Shown here piece after piece: positions 59,533 to 64,000 of a DNA stretch of 64,000 nt; the stretch's first letter is position 1; each line of letters opens with the position of its first letter. The notes below the pieces were generated by a model that was not told where the DNA came from, made no database searches, and worked only from the letters and a program-made list of their open reading frames with translations. The DNA is from Polyangiales bacterium (GTDB lineage: Bacteria; Myxococcota_A; Polyangia; Polyangiales; Ga0077539): contig JBGARZ010000022.1 of assembly GCA_044229975.1 (NCBI GenBank), positions 32,001 through 96,000 of the forward strand. Reading direction: 5' to 3'. The translations under genes and the position numbers were made by a program.

Positions 59533-60777
59533 GTGGCTCATCGAATTCTGGTCGGGTGTCTGACCACTCTCGCCCTCAATCTCGTACCTGTCAGCGCGTC
59601 CGCCATCCCCGACTATGACCCCCAGTCGCGCATCTGGAGCGGCACCTCCGAGCTCGTCCGCATCGCCGCCGAGGCCGAGGTCGAGCTCCGGCCCACCACC
59701 ACCCTCGACTGGTCGCAGCTCCCCCGCGGCGGCGCCCTCCTCGTGCTCCACCCCCGCAACAGCCTCGGGCTCGCCGACGTCTCGGCCTTCCTCGATGACG
59801 GCGGCCGCGTCGCCTGGCTCGACGACTTCGGCGCCTCCGAGGAGTTCTGGCGGTGGTTCCAGTTTCATTCGGAGCCGGTGCACGACGGCATCCCTCGCTC
59901 GCCCGCGCTCCCCGAGCTGCTCATCGCCCGCCCCCGCATCGCCCACGGCCTCACCGAGAACGTCGACGCCCTCATCACCAACCTCCCGGTCGCCCTTTCG
60001 CACCCGCGCCTCCGCCCCGTCTTCGACTTCGCCGGGAGCGAGCAGGGGATGCTCCTGGTCGGGCAGATCCACGCGGGCAAGCTGGTCGTCGGCGGTGACC
60101 CGAGCATCCTCATCAACACGATGATGCGCTTCCCGGGCAACCGGCAGTTCGCGCACAACCTCCTCTCCTTCCTCGGCGGTCGGCCCGGCGGGCGGGTCAC
60201 CATGGTGTGGGGCGACGTTCGCGTCCGCGGTCAGTGGCAGGGCCGCACGCGCGCCCGCACCCGTCGTCGCGAGGCCGTCAACACCCTCAACACCGCCTTC
60301 CGATCGCTGTCCGACTCGCTCTCGCCCGCCGCGGTGCTCCGGCCGCTCGCGGCCCTCATCGCCCTCGCCGTCGCGTGCGTCGTCGGCGCCCTCACCTGGG
60401 GTCGCCGCCCGAGCGAGCGCTACGGCCCGCGCGGTCCGGTCGGCGCCACGGCGGGGGTCACCGAGCGCGTCGCCATCTTCTCCTCGGCGCACGTCAACCT
60501 CCTGCTGCCGGCGCTCGTCGCCCGAACGCTCCTCGAAGGCGCCCTCCTGCGAGCCGTCGGTCTGAAGCCGCCGACGGACGTGCGGGCCGTGCTCGACCGG
60601 CTCTCGACCCGGCTGTCACCGGCGCAGCGCGACGACGTGCGGGCCGTGCTCACCGAACTCGACGTCGTGGCCAGCAGCGCGGAGGACGGCGGGCGGGTCA
60701 AGGTGAGCCCCGCGGCCTTCGTCGCGCTCTGGCGGCGCATCGCGGGGGTGCTGCGGAGCGTCGATGGCGCCCCGTAG
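59533..60777 (+). CDS. DUF4350-like protein
   Basis: DYDP...WSGTSEL, FLDDGGRV..DDFG, DPSILINTM...GNRQF; precedes MoxR. Confidence 0.7.
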   Translation: MAHRILVGCLTTLALNLVPVSASAIPDYDPQSRIWSGTSELVRIAAEAEVELRPTTTLDWSQLPRGGALLVLHPRNSLGLADVSAFLDDGGRVAWLDDFGASEEFWRWFQFHSEPVHDGIPRSPALPELLIARPRIAHGLTENVDALITNLPVALSHPRLRPVFDFAGSEQGMLLVGQIHAGKLVVGGDPSILINTMMRFPGNRQFAHNLLSFLGGRPGGRVTMVWGDVRVRGQWQGRTRARTRRREAVNTLNTAFRSLSDSLSPAAVLRPLAALIALAVACVVGALTWGRRPSERYGPRGPVGATAGVTERVAIFSSAHVNLLLPALVARTLLEGALLRAVGLKPPTDVRAVLDRLSTRLSPAQRDDVRAVLTELDVVASSAEDGGRVKVSPAAFVALWRRIAGVLRSVDGAP

Positions 60778-60855
60778 CCGTCGCAAAAGCGTTCGCGGGT
60801 CGACGGCCGATGGTGCCATCCTCCGCCTCCTCCCGAGCAACCCCGAGAACCCTTC

Positions 60856-61875
60856 ATGAACGACGTCGTCCCCACCGGCCTCCGGCCCGAGGTGTTGTCC
60901 CAGGCGCAGGCGCTCACCCGCGCCGTGCTCGACGAGGTGGGCCGCGCCTACGTGGGCCACCCCGACATCCCCGAGCGCATCCTGGCCGCCCTCCTCGCGC
61001 GCGGTCACTGCCTCCTCGAAGGCGTCCCGGGCGTCGCCAAGACCACCCTCATCAAGGCCTTCGCGGCGGCGATGGGCGGGTCGTTCAAGCGTATCCAGTT
61101 CACGCCCGACCTGCTGCCGAGCGACATCACGGGGACGTACGTGCTCTCCCCCCGCGACGGCACCTTTTCGCTGCGCCGCGGGCCCATCTTCGCGCACGTC
61201 GTGCTCGGCGACGAGATCAACCGCGCGCCCGCCAAGACCCAGAGCGCGCTCCTCGAAGCCATGCAGGAGCGCCAGGTCACCATCGACGGAGAGACCCACC
61301 CGCTGGCCGAGCCCTTCTTCGTGCTCGCCACGCAGAACCCTCTCGAACAAGAGGGCACCTACCCCCTGCCCGAGGCCCAGGTCGACCGCTTTCTCCTCCG
61401 CGTCGTGGTGCCGTATCCGTCGACCGAGGACGAGATCCGTGTGCTGCGCGCCTACTCGGCCAAGGCCCCCGTCGTGCGCGGTGTGGTGTCCCTCGACAAC
61501 GTGCTCTGGCTCCAGTCCGTCGCCGACGCCGTACACGTCGACGAGGAGATCTACGCCTACGCCGTCGCCCTCGCGGGCTACACCCGAACGCACCCCAAGG
61601 TCGCCCTCGGCGCCTCGCCCCGCGCCTCGCTCGGCCTGGTCCTCGCCGCGCGCGCCGTCGCGCTGATGGAGGGTCGCGGGTTCGTTCTTCCCGATGACGT
61701 GAAGCGCGTGGCGCAGCCCGTGATGGCGCACCGCATCCTGCTCGGCGCCGAGGCCGAGTCCGAGGGCGCCTCGCCCGCGGCGCTGGTGGAGGAGGCGTTG
61801 GGGAGGGTTCCGTATCGGCGCCTCGATGCGCGCGACGCGGCCGCGACGCACGGCCGCGCAGTGGCCGGACGCTGA
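60856..61875 (+). CDS. moxR: MoxR family AAA+ ATPase
   Basis: [46 protein letters not shown]. Confidence 0.95.
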   Translation: MNDVVPTGLRPEVLSQAQALTRAVLDEVGRAYVGHPDIPERILAALLARGHCLLEGVPGVAKTTLIKAFAAAMGGSFKRIQFTPDLLPSDITGTYVLSPRDGTFSLRRGPIFAHVVLGDEINRAPAKTQSALLEAMQERQVTIDGETHPLAEPFFVLATQNPLEQEGTYPLPEAQVDRFLLRVVVPYPSTEDEIRVLRAYSAKAPVVRGVVSLDNVLWLQSVADAVHVDEEIYAYAVALAGYTRTHPKVALGASPRASLGLVLAARAVALMEGRGFVLPDDVKRVAQPVMAHRILLGAEAESEGASPAALVEEALGRVPYRRLDARDAAATHGRAVAGR

Positions 61876-61882
61876 CGGGTCG

Positions 61883-63499
61883 ATGCCGTCGCTGAGCTAC
61901 AGCGGACGGGTGATTCTCGCGGGCGCGGGGGCCATGGCCCTCGGCGGTGTGCTCGCCGGAGTCGCGCCGCTCGCGCTCGCGGGCAGCGCCGCAGTGACGG
62001 GGGTCGCGCTCGCGTGGGTCATCGCCTCGCCGATGCCGCGGCGCATGCGCCGGACGCGGTTGGAGTTCTCATGGTGGGTGCTCGCCCACGAAGACGGACC
62101 GCGACGACCCGACGAGCCCGTCTCGGTGCGCGTGGTGCTGCGCAACCCGACGAGCGAGGCGCTCTTGCTCTCGACGCCGCGCCTGGCGTTGTCAGCGGGC
62201 GTTCGGTACACGCGGCACAAGGGCGCGCGCATCGAGGTGGGTCCGCATCAAGCCGTGACCTTCGACCTCCAGGTGCGCCCGAGCTACGCGGGGCGGCACG
62301 TGCTGCATGGCGCGTGGATGACCCTCGGAGGGCCGCTCGGTCTCGCGTGGGTGCCCTTGTACTTCCCCAACCCGTTGGTGCTCGAAGTGGCGCCGCGCGG
62401 GTTCTCCACCCGGCCGATGACGACCACGCTACGCACCACGACGGCGAGCGCGCGGGCGGGTCGGAGCGTGCGGCGCGCGGGCGAGGGCCCCGAGCTGCGG
62501 GAGCTGCGGGAGCATCGGCCGGGTGATCCGTTTCGGCGCATCGCGTGGGGGCCGAGCGCGCGGCGCGGGCGGCTGCTGGTGCGCGAGACCGAGGACGAGT
62601 CGCAGACCACGCGGGTGCTGGTGGTGGACGCGTCGGCGACGATGCGCGGCGACGAGCGGGGCAGGGCGCGCATCGACCACGCCATCGAACTGGTGGCGCA
62701 GGCGGCGCGGGCGAGCGCGAGCACGGGCGATCGGTTGGGGCTGGTGGCCTTCGATCGGCGGGTGGTGCTGCGGGTCGACGCGGGCGACGGGGCGGCGCAC
62801 CTGCGCTCGCTGGTGGCATCGGCGGTGGAGCTGCGCTCGGTGGTGGACGAGGACCTCACCGACGTCGACGACGACGCGCTGGTGGAGACCGTGGCGCGCT
62901 ATTTCCGGGAGCAGGAGGGCGTCGACGCGATGCGCGGCAACACCGGCTACGAGGCGCGGGTGACGCTGCTGCGGTGGATCGAGCGAGCCACCGGCGACGA
63001 CGCCGCCATGCGGCTGCCGGTGAAGGCGAGCGACCCGGTGGGGCGAACGCTGCGGGCGTTCTGTCGGGCGCGGGCGATCGCGCTGCCGATGCGCCACGAC
63101 CCGAGCGGGGCGGCGAAGAGCATCGGGCTGCTGCACGCGCTGGGCGTCGCGGGGCAGGGGGCGCGTGAGGCGCGCACGGTGATGGTGCTGAGCGACCTCG
63201 ACTCGCTCGCGGCGACCGACGAGCTGCGTCGCGCGGTCGGGATGCTGCGCAAGGCGAGGCACCGGGTGAGCGTGGTGGCGCTGGCGGGCGAGCGCTTCGT
63301 GGGGGCGGCTCCGTCGGGGCTGTCGAAGGACGAGCTCGCGGCGCGGCAGGCGGTGGAGGGCGTGTTTCTGGAAGAGGAGCGCGCGCGCCTGGCGAAGCAC
63401 CGGGCGTGGCTGGCGAGCGCGGGGGTTCCGCTGCTGGTGGCGACGGGGGCGGAGCCGATGGTTCACTGGCTCAAGCGCGCGGCGGCGCCGCGGGTGTAG
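61883..63499 (+). CDS. DUF58 domain protein
   Basis: ELRELREHRPGDPFRRIAW..SAR...LLVRE, VDASATM, GDRLGL. Confidence 0.9.
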   Translation: MPSLSYSGRVILAGAGAMALGGVLAGVAPLALAGSAAVTGVALAWVIASPMPRRMRRTRLEFSWWVLAHEDGPRRPDEPVSVRVVLRNPTSEALLLSTPRLALSAGVRYTRHKGARIEVGPHQAVTFDLQVRPSYAGRHVLHGAWMTLGGPLGLAWVPLYFPNPLVLEVAPRGFSTRPMTTTLRTTTASARAGRSVRRAGEGPELRELREHRPGDPFRRIAWGPSARRGRLLVRETEDESQTTRVLVVDASATMRGDERGRARIDHAIELVAQAARASASTGDRLGLVAFDRRVVLRVDAGDGAAHLRSLVASAVELRSVVDEDLTDVDDDALVETVARYFREQEGVDAMRGNTGYEARVTLLRWIERATGDDAAMRLPVKASDPVGRTLRAFCRARAIALPMRHDPSGAAKSIGLLHALGVAGQGAREARTVMVLSDLDSLAATDELRRAVGMLRKARHRVSVVALAGERFVGAAPSGLSKDELAARQAVEGVFLEEERARLAKHRAWLASAGVPLLVATGAEPMVHWLKRAAAPRV

Positions 63500-63511
63500 C
63501 GGGAGGCGACG

Positions 63512-64000
63512 ATGTTGGCTGCGGTGGTGCTGGCGCAGTTGTGTACGGTGGTTCCGGCGGGGGGCGTGGTGGTGACGGAGGGGCGGGGCGGGCACGGGGC
63601 CGTGCTCGCGGCGCATGCGGGCGGGGTGGTGGTGGGGTGGCAGGAGACGGGCGCGCGGCCCAGCGGAACCCAGGGAGGGCCGCCCGACTGGCGACCGACG
63701 GCGGCGTACTCGCGCGAGCTCGACGGCACGACGATGACGCCGCGCGCGGCGGCAAGAGAGGTCACGCGGGAGGAGGAGTCCTACGCGCACCTGGGCATGT
63801 TGGCGGCGTCGCCGTCGCCCGCGGGAGACGGCGCGGGCATCGCGTGGTGCCAGTGCTTTGGTGGCACCGGCAACATCGCGTGCGAGTCGACAGCCTTCGG
63901 GAACTTTCCGGCGGTCACGGCGAGGCACACGGGCGGTGGTTGCAGCAGCGCGACGGCGCTGGGGACGGCGGGCGCGGGGTCGGTGTTTGCGTTCACGGAC
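63512..64000 (+). CDS. hypothetical protein, truncated by the window end
   Basis: ATG at 63512 with GGAGG RBS; frame appears open to the end. Confidence 0.5.
   Translation, partial: MLAAVVLAQLCTVVPAGGVVVTEGRGGHGAVLAAHAGGVVVGWQETGARPSGTQGGPPDWRPTAAYSRELDGTTMTPRAAAREVTREEESYAHLGMLAASPSPAGDGAGIAWCQCFGGTGNIACESTAFGNFPAVTARHTGGGCSSATALGTAGAGSVFAFTD

Overview
High-GC bacterial DNA, most likely Myxococcota (Polyangiales-like), judged from Cys-rich lipoproteins, an FHA-sigma54 activator and a myxobacterial-type LexA box. The main finding is an integron-type gene cassette array at about 3.95-9.76 kb. It has five 91-bp attC-like sites plus one truncated site, with top strand = minus. Each site follows one cassette: an AIPR defence gene, a YrhB/Imm35-like gene, an antisense RelE-like toxin-antitoxin pair, or one of three unknown ORFs. 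The 7-bp core sites of consecutive attCs co-vary in the complementary pattern left by IntI recombination, yet no integrase is visible in the window (CALIN-like). One palindromic ~53-bp repeat family occurs on both sides of the array. The rest is largely housekeeping: gnd-zwf-opcA-pgl, two-component genes, lexA, ftsEX-envC-ruvC, two DUF4139 genes with an orphan hcp and a divergent sigma54 activator, and a rearranged str/S10 cluster (no rplC, rpsU after rpsS, atypical EF-Tu switch I). It also carries an SpoIVB-protease/beta-propeller pair and a DUF4350-MoxR-DUF58 operon. Products were called by eye from motifs; no searches were run.
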